A stretch of DNA of 64,000 nucleotides from an uncultured Clostridia bacterium (GCA_934133005.1 CAKPAI010000001.1:64478-128477); one strand, 5' to 3'. Shown: positions 20,811-29,970, counted from the stretch's first letter. Made by a program: numbers and translations. The notes: a model not told the origin generated them from the sequence alone.

Positions 20811-22910
20811 TTATTGTTCTTCAGTTGAATTTTCTTTATTTTCTACAATTTCAAAATCAATATTTCTCAATTGCTTGTCTGCTCCAATTACTCTAATTTT
20901 TACTTTATCTCCGACGCCATAAGTTTTTTTAGTTCTATCTCCGATTAACTTCTTTCTTACATCGTCATAAACAAAGTATTCATCGCCTAAATTATCAAAT
21001 TTTACTAAGCCTTCAACTGTGTTTTCTAGTTCAACAAACATTCCAAATGAAGTTACGCTAGATACAATTCCATCATATTCTTCGCCAATTTTAGACTTCA
21101 TAAACTCAGCCTTTTTGATGTCTTCTGCATCTCGTTCAACTTTTTTTGCAACTTTTTCACATTCAGATGAACTTTCAGCATATTTTACAGCTTCTGTTTC
21201 ATACTTCTTTCTAAGTTCTTCATTTATATTGTAATTATGTTTCAAATAAGAAGATATTACTCTATGAATGAATAAGTCTGGATATCTTCTTATTGGTGAT
21301 GTAAAATGACAATAGTTTTTGCTTGCAATTCCAAAGTGACCATTATTTTCACTCTCATATTTTGCAACTTTTAAAGTTCTTAAAATCAAGTTTGAAATTA
21401 CTTTTTCTTCTGGCTTTCCTTTCACTTCATCAAGAACTTGTGCAAATGCCTTTGGATGTATACTTTCTTTGTCATCCTTTTTCACACCTCTAATTTTGTA
21501 ACCTAAATTAAATAAAAATTTGTTTAATTCTTCTACTTTTTCAGGCTCTGGAATGTCATGAACTCTGTATATGAATGGTGCTTGCAAATAGTAAAAATGC
21601 TTTGCAACTGTTTCGTTTGCAGTTAGCATAAATTGCTCAATTACTTCGTTTGATTCCAAATAATCATATTTTTTTACATCTATTGCAACTCCATTTTCGT
21701 CTAAGATTATTTTGCTTTCTGGTATATCTAGATTTAAGCTTCCATTTTTATCTCTTCTTGCCTTCAAAATATCTTTTAATTTTCTCATTCTTAAAAAGTG
21801 TGGAATATATTCTTTGCAGATTTCTACTGTTTTTTGTATTTCTTTGTTTTCCTCTCCATCTGCATATTTAAAGATATTTTCAACTTCGTGATAGTTCATT
21901 CTTCTAGTAGTCTTAATCACAGATTTAAAAATATTGTAATCTACAACTTTTCCATTTTGATTAATTTTCATCATGCAAGAAATTGTAAATCTATCTTGTG
22001 CTTCGTTTAAACTACAAATTCCATTTGATAATTCTTTTGGAAGCATTGGAATTACTCTGTCCATCATATAGATGCTTGTTCCTCTTTTTATTGCTTCTTT
22101 GTCAAGTTTAGAACCAGATTTTACATAGTAGCTAACATCTGCAATATGCACACCTAAAGTATAAGTTCCGTCCTCATTTTCCTTTACATTTACTGCGTCA
22201 TCTAAGTCTTTTGCATCTTCTCCATCTATTGTAAAAATTTGCTCGCCTCTAAGGTCTACTCTTTGAGCGATATTATTTTCATCAATAGTTTGTGATATTG
22301 CTTGTGCCTCTTTTACTACATTTTCAGGAAACTCATTTGGAAGCTTGTACTCTTTTATTAAAGAAAGCATGTCAACTCCAGCTTCGTCTTTGTAACCTAA
22401 AACTTCAACAATTTCACCTTCAGATTTATTTTCTCCATTAGAATATCTAGTTATTTTAACTACTACTTTTTGATTATTTTTAGCATCCTTTGATTTCTTT
22501 TTTGGAATATAAATATCCTCAGTTTTTCCTCTATTTTCTGGAATTACAAATCCGAAATCTTTGCTTTTTTTGAAAATTCCGACTACTGTATCTAGATTAT
22601 GTTTTGTAATTTTTAAGATTTTTCCTTCTTGCTTTTTATTTGCTAATTTTATATTATCTAATATTTTTATCAAAACTTCATCACCATCTGCTGCATTTAA
22701 AGTAAATTTCGGTGCAATAAATATTTCGTTTTCGTCATCTCCAATATTTACAAATCCAAAACCTCTTTCATTTCTTCTGAAAGTTCCTATTTTGTAGCTT
22801 TCATTTTCAAGTAAGCTATTTAAATCTTCTAAATCTTCCTTTTGCGCTTTTTTAGATTTTTTATAACTCTTTTTATAAAATTCACTATGCTTTTTTTGCT
22901 TTTTCTTCAT
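20811..22910 (-). CDS. rnr: ribonuclease R
   Basis: RNB catalytic domain plus a C-terminal S1 domain. Conserved secG-rnr arrangement. Confidence 0.9.
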   Translation of the reverse strand: MKKKQKKHSEFYKKSYKKSKKAQKEDLEDLNSLLENESYKIGTFRRNERGFGFVNIGDDENEIFIAPKFTLNAADGDEVLIKILDNIKLANKKQEGKILKITKHNLDTVVGIFKKSKDFGFVIPENRGKTEDIYIPKKKSKDAKNNQKVVVKITRYSNGENKSEGEIVEVLGYKDEAGVDMLSLIKEYKLPNEFPENVVKEAQAISQTIDENNIAQRVDLRGEQIFTIDGEDAKDLDDAVNVKENEDGTYTLGVHIADVSYYVKSGSKLDKEAIKRGTSIYMMDRVIPMLPKELSNGICSLNEAQDRFTISCMMKINQNGKVVDYNIFKSVIKTTRRMNYHEVENIFKYADGEENKEIQKTVEICKEYIPHFLRMRKLKDILKARRDKNGSLNLDIPESKIILDENGVAIDVKKYDYLESNEVIEQFMLTANETVAKHFYYLQAPFIYRVHDIPEPEKVEELNKFLFNLGYKIRGVKKDDKESIHPKAFAQVLDEVKGKPEEKVISNLILRTLKVAKYESENNGHFGIASKNYCHFTSPIRRYPDLFIHRVISSYLKHNYNINEELRKKYETEAVKYAESSSECEKVAKKVERDAEDIKKAEFMKSKIGEEYDGIVSSVTSFGMFVELENTVEGLVKFDNLGDEYFVYDDVRKKLIGDRTKKTYGVGDKVKIRVIGADKQLRNIDFEIVENKENSTEEQ

Positions 22911-22978
22911 TTTATCTCACCTCTTTCTTGCAAAAAAACGACAGACTATTCAAAATCTGTCGCCTTATTTTGATTTAT

Positions 22979-23230
22979 CTATGCTGCAACATATACTATT
23001 CCTAAAGCTATTGCTAGTACTACAAATGCAACACCTAATATAATAGTCCATTTCTTCATTTTTCCTTCATGAGTTCTAGTTTTGTTCTTCTCATAGAAAT
23101 TGTTTGTTGATGAACCTACTATTGTTCCAGAAGCTCCATTTGAATCTTTATTTTGCATCATTGTTATTACAATTAAAGCTAAACAGTCAATTACATATAA
23201 AACCATTAAAACATACTTTAATATTTGCAT
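22979..23230 (-). CDS. secG: preprotein translocase subunit SecG
   Basis: Two TM segments with an LQ..K..G loop. Confidence 0.75.
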   Translation of the reverse strand: MQILKYVLMVLYVIDCLALIVITMMQNKDSNGASGTIVGSSTNNFYEKNKTRTHEGKMKKWTIILGVAFVVLAIALGIVYVAA

Positions 23231-23359
23231 TTTATTATCTCCTTTTGTAACATTTATTTAACAAATCATATTGTATCATAAAATTATTGGAATTGCAATT
23301 ATTTTTATGATATATAATATACTTTCCTTTTTCTTAAAGGAGAAAGGGGGTGTTCTCAG

Positions 23360-23428
23360 TTGAGAAAATTTATTAAGATATTAGTTCTTATTATCGTTCT
23401 CATTATTGTAGACGATGATAAAGACTAA
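23360..23428 (+). CDS. 22-aa hydrophobic peptide LRKFIKILVLIIVLIIVDDDKD, Fst/Ibs-like candidate type I toxin
   Basis: AAAGGAGAAAGGGGGTG followed by a TTG start. Paralogous to 24702-24770 and 46149-46217. Missing from the ORF track because it is under 60 aa and TTG-initiated. Confidence 0.45.
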   Translation: MRKFIKILVLIIVLIIVDDDKD

Positions 23429-23468
23429 AAAAAACAAACAGCATAATTGCTACACTGCTTGTTTTATT

Positions 23469-24311
23469 TTAGCTAAATAACTTTGTGAAAGTTTCTTTCC
23501 CTACAATTCCATCTACATTTAAACCATTTTTCTTTTGTAAATCTTTTACTGCATTTAGGGTACTGCTTCCAAAGATTCCATCTGTTTCAATATCATAGCC
23601 TTTGCAAACTAGCATTGCTTGAATTAAATAGGTTATATTTCCAGTTGCTCCTTTTTGTACTGTTGCACAAGCATTTTTTGTTTCATTTCCAAACATCCCG
23701 TCAACGACAATGTTACTTCCAAATTGACTATTTAACTCTACTTGTAATCCTTTTATTAAAGCTTTCCTTGTCTCATTTCCATAAATATTATCTACTTTTA
23801 TGTTAGTATTATACTTTTTATTTACACTTTGTTGGATCTCAGCAATTTTTTTATTATCTATTTCATTTTTAGCTGTTATATTTTGCATTATTTCATCAAA
23901 CGGAAAATTTTTACCTGGACAATTAGTATTATTTACATCTCTATGACATTGCACTACATTTATATTATATTTTGCCATCAAATATTTTATTAATTCCGTA
24001 AAAGCTTTCCTTTGTACCACGGGCATATTTTCTTCCATATATTTGCCCTCTGCGCAAATTCCAATGGAATCATAGTTTGATCCATATGCGTGTGCTCCGA
24101 CAGCATTTTCTTCTCTTCCCCTAAAAATATTCCCTTTTTTATCTATAAAAAAATGGTATCCTATTTTACACCATCCATTTTCCTTATGCCACTTATCTAT
24201 ATCTTCAACACTGCATTTACTGGCATCGGCATGATGCAAAATTATTCTTGTAGTTTTTGTTCTATAATCCATGTTTCCTTTTGTTTCAAAAGTTTTCTCT
24301 ATAATTCTCAT
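23469..24311 (-). CDS. N-acetylmuramoyl-L-alanine amidase (Amidase_2/PGRP) with two C-terminal PG_binding_1 repeats
   Basis: Amidase_2 motifs (IILHHADA, HAYGSN), with duplicated GIFGSSTLNAVKDLQKKNGL / GMFGNETKNA repeats. Confidence 0.8.
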   Translation of the reverse strand: MRIIEKTFETKGNMDYRTKTTRIILHHADASKCSVEDIDKWHKENGWCKIGYHFFIDKKGNIFRGREENAVGAHAYGSNYDSIGICAEGKYMEENMPVVQRKAFTELIKYLMAKYNINVVQCHRDVNNTNCPGKNFPFDEIMQNITAKNEIDNKKIAEIQQSVNKKYNTNIKVDNIYGNETRKALIKGLQVELNSQFGSNIVVDGMFGNETKNACATVQKGATGNITYLIQAMLVCKGYDIETDGIFGSSTLNAVKDLQKKNGLNVDGIVGKETFTKLFS

Positions 24312-24332
24312 ATTTTTTTACTTTACAGGATA

Positions 24333-24548
24333 TTACTTTTTATTTAATCTATCTTCCGAATTTTTATCTGCTTTTCCTTTAGAAAAATAATATGCAAATA
24401 CAGACGAAGTAATAGAACTAAATAAAGTAAAAACTATTTGGAACATTTCCCAGTTTTCTTTAATAGCTACAATAATTAAAAGAGTTATAATTGTTATTGT
24501 AAATGCTATTGTTACAAAACTTTTTAAATCTTTCCATGCCTGTTTCAT
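24333..24548 (-). CDS. holin-like small membrane protein (2 TM, charged C-terminus)
   Basis: 71 aa, lying 21 bp upstream of the amidase on the same strand. Confidence 0.4.
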   Translation of the reverse strand: MKQAWKDLKSFVTIAFTITIITLLIIVAIKENWEMFQIVFTLFSSITSSVFAYYFSKGKADKNSEDRLNKK

Positions 24549-24701
24549 ACTAACCTCCTGCTATATTTTATGCAGACGGCTAATAAATGTTAAAATACCT
24601 AAATTTTTTTTATTTAGACTACACGTTTTGACAAACTTTGCAACATTTTTGTTATATAATATAGTTCCTTTATCCCTAAAGGAGAAAGGGGGTGTTCTCA
24701 A

Positions 24702-24770
24702 TTGAGAAGACTAATAGAGATATTAGCTCTTATTATTGTTTATATTATAATAAACAATGATAAAGACTAA
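24702..24770 (+). CDS. 22-aa hydrophobic peptide (M/L)RRLIEILALIIVYIIINNDKD, Fst/Ibs-like candidate type I toxin
   Basis: Promoter TTGACA 24628-24633 with an extended -10. SD AAAGGAGAAAGGGGGTG and a TTG start. Terminator immediately downstream. Confidence 0.5.
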   Translation: MRRLIEILALIIVYIIINNDKD

Positions 24771-24776
24771 AAAGGT

Positions 24777-24808
24777 AAAACCTAGGAACCGCATTCCTAG
24801 GTTTTTTG
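24777..24808. terminator. bidirectional rho-independent terminator
   Basis: AAAACCTAGGAACCGCATTCCTAGGTTTTTT. Confidence 0.65.
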
Positions 24809-24842
24809 TTCTCATTGAGAAAAACTAATTTTTAGCTTTCGC

Positions 24843-24880
24843 TATAATTATTATATAGCTATTTATATTATATGTCAATT
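24843..24880 (-). promoter_or_regulatory. convergent consensus sigma-A promoter (TTGACA-N17-TATAAT) for a putative ~65-nt antisense RNA
   Basis: -35 at plus 24873-24878 and -10 at plus 24850-24855. The transcript would cover repeat 24803-24836 (a copy of the toxin SD/start region) and end at the shared terminator. Confidence 0.45.
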
Positions 24881-24930
24881 ATTTTTTAATTATTCCTCTT
24901 ATAATGATATACATTTTTTCGACAATTTCC

Positions 24931-24949
24931 GGTACCACCGGTGGGACTC
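24931..24949. repeat. 19-bp direct repeat of the tRNA-Leu 3' end (att-like scar)
   Basis: GGTACCACCGGTGGGACTC is identical to 25029-25047 inside tRNA-Leu. No complete second tRNA folds here. Confidence 0.6.
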
Positions 24950-25027
24950 TACCCGCGGGCTATAAAATGTCCACAGGACATTTTAATTAACGCCCTATTC
25001 TCGTCCCTTTATAGTTTTTCTAATTGT

Positions 25028-25110
25028 TGGTACCACCGGTGGGACTCGAACCCACATGGTTTCCCGCCGGATTTTGAATCCGGTGCGTCTGCCAGTTCCG
25101 CCACGGTGGC
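25028..25110 (-). tRNA. tRNA-Leu (anticodon CAA), type II with long variable arm
   Basis: Reverse complement GCCACCGTGGCGGAACTGGCAGACGCACCGGATTCAAAATCCGG...GGGTTCGAGTCCCACCGGTGGTACCA, with anticodon loop TTCAAAA. Confidence 0.85.
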
Positions 25111-25207
25111 ATATATTATTATAGTATGAAAACTACTTTCATACTATAACATATTTTTAGATTATTGTCTAGAATTTTTTAAATTTTAAATTAAAATATA
25201 TAAACTT

Positions 25208-26149
25208 TTATTCCTTAACTTTGCATTCATTCCCATCACATATAACTACTATCGTTCCTTGCAAATCAGTCCTATAAACTTTGGTATTAAGTTTGTTCAA
25301 TTTGTCTAACGTAGTTTGTTTAGGATGTCCATATGAATTATCTTTTCCAACAGAAATCACAGCAATTTTAGGATGTACTTGCTCTAAAAAATTTTCTGAT
25401 GAACTAGTATCTGAACCATGATGTGCTACTTTTAACACTGTCGTTTCCGGCCAGTTTCGTGCTTGTTCGTTCTCAACTTCCATGTCTCCTGTAAATAAAA
25501 AGCTTTGTGTTCCATATACCATTCTTATTACAATTGAAGATAAATTCAAATTCTTCTTTTCTTTGGTACTTCCTGTACCACAAGCCATTATTTCACATTT
25601 TGCATTTCCAAGTTCAAATACTTCTCCAACATTTGGTGAAGTAATTTTTAAATTTTTCTTAGCCACTGAATCTAAAACAGATTCAAATGTTTTAGTATTT
25701 GTCTGTACTTTTGGCATATAAATCGTTCCAATTTCAAAATTGTCTATCACATCATCTAATCCACCAATATGGTCTTCATGTGGATGCGTTCCAACTAAAT
25801 AGTCAATTTTCAAAATACCTAAATCATTTAAATATTTCACTACAGTTTTACCAGTCTCATTTGTTCCTGCATCAATTAACATATTCTTTCCATCACTCTG
25901 CACTAAAATAGAGTCAGCCTGTCCAACATCTATAAAGTGAACTATTACATTTTCACCTTTTATAACTTCTGTTTGTAAAGTTTGATTTGTATTTTGAACT
26001 TCTCCACTTATATAGTTCTTAGCATCTTCATATAAGTTTTTACTCTGATTCTTTATATCCTCAAAATCTATTCCTAGCAATGCAATTATTACAATAGCTA
26101 CTGCAATTATTATTTTGTAGATGATTTTATTTTTCTTTCTTCTCCCCAT
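25208..26149 (-). CDS. membrane-anchored MBL-fold metallo-hydrolase (ComEC C-terminal-like)
   Basis: HPHEDHIGG motif, an N-terminal TM segment and an AHHGSD region. Confidence 0.75.
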   Translation of the reverse strand: MGRRKKNKIIYKIIIAVAIVIIALLGIDFEDIKNQSKNLYEDAKNYISGEVQNTNQTLQTEVIKGENVIVHFIDVGQADSILVQSDGKNMLIDAGTNETGKTVVKYLNDLGILKIDYLVGTHPHEDHIGGLDDVIDNFEIGTIYMPKVQTNTKTFESVLDSVAKKNLKITSPNVGEVFELGNAKCEIMACGTGSTKEKKNLNLSSIVIRMVYGTQSFLFTGDMEVENEQARNWPETTVLKVAHHGSDTSSSENFLEQVHPKIAVISVGKDNSYGHPKQTTLDKLNKLNTKVYRTDLQGTIVVICDGNECKVKE

Positions 26150-26171
26150 TTTTCTCTATTCCTCATACGTT

Positions 26172-26549
26172 TTAATTCCATAAATCATTCATTTTTTTAG
26201 CAATTCTGTCTTCTATTTCTTCTTGCTTTTCTTTATCTTTTATATACTTTCCATTAACTTCTTTTATTAGATCTCCATCTTGTATATCTTCAGGCAAATT
26301 TTCTTTTTTTAGATTTACAATTTGACCATTTTCTCTATTTTCGCAAACAACAAAATCGCCTTCAATTCTATCAACTGTATATTCTTCATTCATATTTTTT
26401 AATTTATTCTCCAATTCTTTTATAAAACTATTCACAAACTTTTTAAAATCTTGTTGAACTATGTCAAGATTAAATCCTTCTAATTTTATAATATTCTCCT
26501 TCCTCACACATTCCTTAATTATTATATCTTTACAGGTTGTTTTTTGCAA
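26172..26549 (-). CDS. DUF3006-like small protein
   Basis: DRIEGDFVVCE motif, upstream of the MBL hydrolase on the same strand. Confidence 0.4.
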   Translation of the reverse strand: MQKTTCKDIIIKECVRKENIIKLEGFNLDIVQQDFKKFVNSFIKELENKLKNMNEEYTVDRIEGDFVVCENRENGQIVNLKKENLPEDIQDGDLIKEVNGKYIKDKEKQEEIEDRIAKKMNDLWN

Positions 26550-26862
26550 GTAAAAATATAAAACTCCTTCTATTAATAAGAAAGAGTTTATATATTTTCA
26601 TAGCCTCGGACGCTCGCCCTTTTGCTACTAGAACAAGACTACTGTTTATGTGTTTATGATATAAGAACTTAGCCTATACCAAAGGAATTGGGCTTCTTTG
26701 ATACAAATCTAGATGTAATTTTCTTCTTGACTTCTAGGACACTTTTTTCATTTTGTAGAGCCTAGACAGTTCAGCATGTATAAACTCACGGTGTCGTCCG
26801 TAAACGAACACCCTCCTGAGATAGAAGTCTTCTAATCTTCTTTGTGTATCGAAGTGCAGAGA

Positions 26863-28737
26863 CTACACAAGCACCGCACGGAACCCGTTGTTGTAATTGG
26901 CATTGCCATTATTACGGTTGAAATAGAACAGACCAGCACCATTGCCATTATCCCATCTACCACCGCGAATGAAGAACGGATTATTCAGCGAAGGAAAGTA
27001 CGAGCAGTCATTATACCAGCTCGAGTTACCATTTCCTTCTGTTGATGTTTCAAATATAGCACTACCGTATATTACTCTATTTACTTTGCTACCGTTAGTA
27101 GCACTCTGCAAGCCTTTTGCATAATTGTAGTTTAATATACTTGCTGCAGTGTAATCATCTCCACTATATGTTCCAGCTTTTTCATCTGGACTATATGCAT
27201 ACATAGTTGCATATTTACTACTTGCATTTAATAAATTTCCTTTTTCATCTGTTACAAATGCTTTTTTATTCTTCGTTGCACTTGTATATGCATTATAACT
27301 ATTTCCATATGATGTATGGTTAGATGTTGTTTTATTTGTTATATAATCAGCTGTTCTTTCCCATTCTCCTCCTGACATATCAAATATTCCATACACATTT
27401 CCTGTTGTACTTGATTTTCCTCCACCAACTTCATTCCATACTTTTATATTAGCAGATTTTCTTTTATCTGCATCATTTACTTGATCTATACTTGATATTA
27501 ATACAGAGCCGTCACTTGCATCTCTACTTGATTCTACTCCTGTTATAGCATATACTCCTAAATATGGATTTACATATTTACCATTTCCATCTTTTGTGTC
27601 ATCTGCAACTGTTCCACTTGCTGTTCCACTATTCATATTTACATTATTTATATAAATATCATCTTTATTTAAACCATATTTACTTTTTCCTAAATATGCT
27701 GCAGCTCCCCATTCACTATTTTTCATTAAATGACTATCTGTATCACTACTTAATCCATATACATTATTATTTTCATTTAGAACACTACATAATGCAAATG
27801 CTTCTTTATGGTTTACATAGTTCATAGAATATGAAGTTCCTTGAAATGATGGATAACTTATTTTTGTTTCTGTGTTTCCATACTCTCCATCAAGCCAGTT
27901 TCTTGCTTTTATACTACCATCAAATTTTCCAGTAGTTGTTACATCTTCTCCCTTATCGTTTTTACTTGTTTGCTCTGTAACTTTACTTTCTGCATATGCA
28001 GCCCATACACTACCTTGTGTATATTTTACTGTACTTTTTATATTTGGTGTAGAATTTCCATTTGATGTTGCAAATCCAGCCTCAAATTTTGCTACCCATA
28101 TTCCAGTAAGTTCACTATCCCATCCTCCATTTGCAAATCCAATTGAACTTTCATTTGTAAATGCTGGATGAACTGTATATTCATTGCTTGTGTCTGGTGT
28201 ATAATCTGTTGTTGCACGAACTGCCTTTTTTATTTTTCCTTCTGATTCGTAATAATAATCAGTTTTTCCAATTAGAAATACTACATCAAATGTTTTTGTT
28301 GCACTATTTACTTTATATGCAAATCTTGGCACCCACACCCACATACTTCCATCTTTAGTCTGTGCATTTGCCCAATGTTTTGCATCATAATCATACCATT
28401 TACTATCTCCAACAGTAGTTGTTTTTGCATCATACATTTTTGTAGTACTATTTTCCTCAAAATATATTGGTGTCATTCCTGTTTTTAAACTTGGTTTATT
28501 CACTTTATCATACTCTGATGATACTTGTGATATTTGAGCCTCAAGTTCTTCTATTGTACTATACTCACCTGCTGCCGCGTCTTTAGTTGCCTTTGCAGAC
28601 TCCTTTGCTCTTGCAATAATTCCATTATCACCAACAAGTGTGTTAATTGTTACTCCTGCTAAAATTAGCAATACAATTATTGTTACAACTAATGCTACTA
28701 ACGTAATACCTGCATTACTTCTAATTTTCTTTTTCAT
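26863..28737 (-). CDS. prepilin-like N-terminus / FGE-sulfatase domain surface protein, copy 2
   Basis: MKKKIRSNAG|ITLVALVVTIIVLLILAGV. The central ~1.1 kb is identical to copy 1. The C-terminal cassette differs and reads RGGRWDNGNGAGLFYFNRNNGNANYNNGFRAVLV. Confidence 0.6.
   Translation of the reverse strand: MKKKIRSNAGITLVALVVTIIVLLILAGVTINTLVGDNGIIARAKESAKATKDAAAGEYSTIEELEAQISQVSSEYDKVNKPSLKTGMTPIYFEENSTTKMYDAKTTTVGDSKWYDYDAKHWANAQTKDGSMWVWVPRFAYKVNSATKTFDVVFLIGKTDYYYESEGKIKKAVRATTDYTPDTSNEYTVHPAFTNESSIGFANGGWDSELTGIWVAKFEAGFATSNGNSTPNIKSTVKYTQGSVWAAYAESKVTEQTSKNDKGEDVTTTGKFDGSIKARNWLDGEYGNTETKISYPSFQGTSYSMNYVNHKEAFALCSVLNENNNVYGLSSDTDSHLMKNSEWGAAAYLGKSKYGLNKDDIYINNVNMNSGTASGTVADDTKDGNGKYVNPYLGVYAITGVESSRDASDGSVLISSIDQVNDADKRKSANIKVWNEVGGGKSSTTGNVYGIFDMSGGEWERTADYITNKTTSNHTSYGNSYNAYTSATKNKKAFVTDEKGNLLNASSKYATMYAYSPDEKAGTYSGDDYTAASILNYNYAKGLQSATNGSKVNRVIYGSAIFETSTEGNGNSSWYNDCSYFPSLNNPFFIRGGRWDNGNGAGLFYFNRNNGNANYNNGFRAVLV
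27010..28737. repeat. ~1.7-kb segmental duplication, copy B (pairs with 18150-19884)
   Basis: See copy A. The flanks outside the CDS are unrelated. Confidence 0.9.
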
Positions 28738-29046
28738 AAGTGTTCTCCTTTTATAGTTATTGTTTTTTACTTTATCATTGTATATTAACTTTTTGTTTTT
28801 TTCAACAATTTTCCAAAAGTTTTTTCGTTTTTTATGTATTTAAAATACATATATTTATCTTTAGTTCATCATTCTACGTATTTACGCACATTATTACATT
28901 TTTGTTACATTTTATTATTTGCATGCTTAATGCTATTTTTATGTAAATTGTTGACCATTTTAAATAAAAGTGGTATAATAAAAATGGTTGATACATTAAA
29001 TGTATCTTTTAAATTGTTGATAAAATCGTTAAAAGGAGAATTTAAT

Positions 29047-29970
29047 ATGGAAAATAATTTATATGTTTTTGGACATCAAAAACCAGATACAGATACTATC
29101 TGTTCTTCAATTGTCCTAGCTAACTTAGAACAAGCTTTAGGTCATGAAGCAACAGCTTATAAATTAGGAAATGTAAATAAAGAAACAGCTTATGCTTTAA
29201 ATTATTTTGATGTAAAGGAGCCAGAAACATTATCTTCAGTTGATGAAAACTGTGATGTAGCTCTTGTAGACCATAATGAATTTGCACAAAGTGTAAGTGG
29301 AATTGAAAAAGCTAGTATAAAAATGGTAGTTGACCATCATAAAATAAAATTTGAAACAAAGGAACCTTTATACTATATAGCAGAACCTGCTGGTTGTACA
29401 TCATCTATTCTATATAAACTATATAAACAAAATGATGTAGAGATTACAAAAAAATTAGCTGGTTTAATGTTATCTGCTATTATATCTGATACTCTTTTAT
29501 TCAAATCACCAACATGTACAGCTCAAGATAAAGAAATTGCTTTAAAACTTGCCAAAATTGCTGACGTAGATGTTGAAGTTTATGGAAAAGATATGTTAAA
29601 AGCAGGAACAGATATCAGCGAATTTACACCATTTCAAGTTATCAATATAGATTCAAAAGAATTTAGTGACAAAAATGCTAAATTTGAAATTTCACAAGTA
29701 AATGCTGTTGACTTAGATTCTGTATTTAGTAGACAATCAGAATTAGAAGATGCTATTCAAAAAGAAATTAAAGAAAAGAATCTAGATTTCTATATGTTTG
29801 CAGCAACAGATATTTTAAATGCAAACTCAAAAATTATAGCTATTGGAAATAAAGCCAATACAGTTGAAAAAGCTTTTGGCGTTACATTAAATAATAATAC
29901 AGCAATGCTTGATAATGTAGTTTCACGTAAAAAACAAATGTTACCAAACATTTTAAATAACTTAGATTAA
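29047..29970 (+). CDS. ppaC: manganese-dependent inorganic pyrophosphatase (DHH family)
   Basis: MENNLYVFGHQKPDTDTICS and a DHH motif. Start set at ATG 29047 after AAAAGGAGAA. The track ORF starts too early. Confidence 0.9.
   Translation: MENNLYVFGHQKPDTDTICSSIVLANLEQALGHEATAYKLGNVNKETAYALNYFDVKEPETLSSVDENCDVALVDHNEFAQSVSGIEKASIKMVVDHHKIKFETKEPLYYIAEPAGCTSSILYKLYKQNDVEITKKLAGLMLSAIISDTLLFKSPTCTAQDKEIALKLAKIADVDVEVYGKDMLKAGTDISEFTPFQVINIDSKEFSDKNAKFEISQVNAVDLDSVFSRQSELEDAIQKEIKEKNLDFYMFAATDILNANSKIIAIGNKANTVEKAFGVTLNNNTAMLDNVVSRKKQMLPNILNNLD

Noticed and set aside
24921-25010. Possible second complete tRNA next to tRNA-Leu
   Set aside because: Only the 19-nt 3' acceptor/T-arm segment is duplicated. 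No matching 5' acceptor strand, D-arm or anticodon arm can be folded, so it is treated as an att-like partial repeat.
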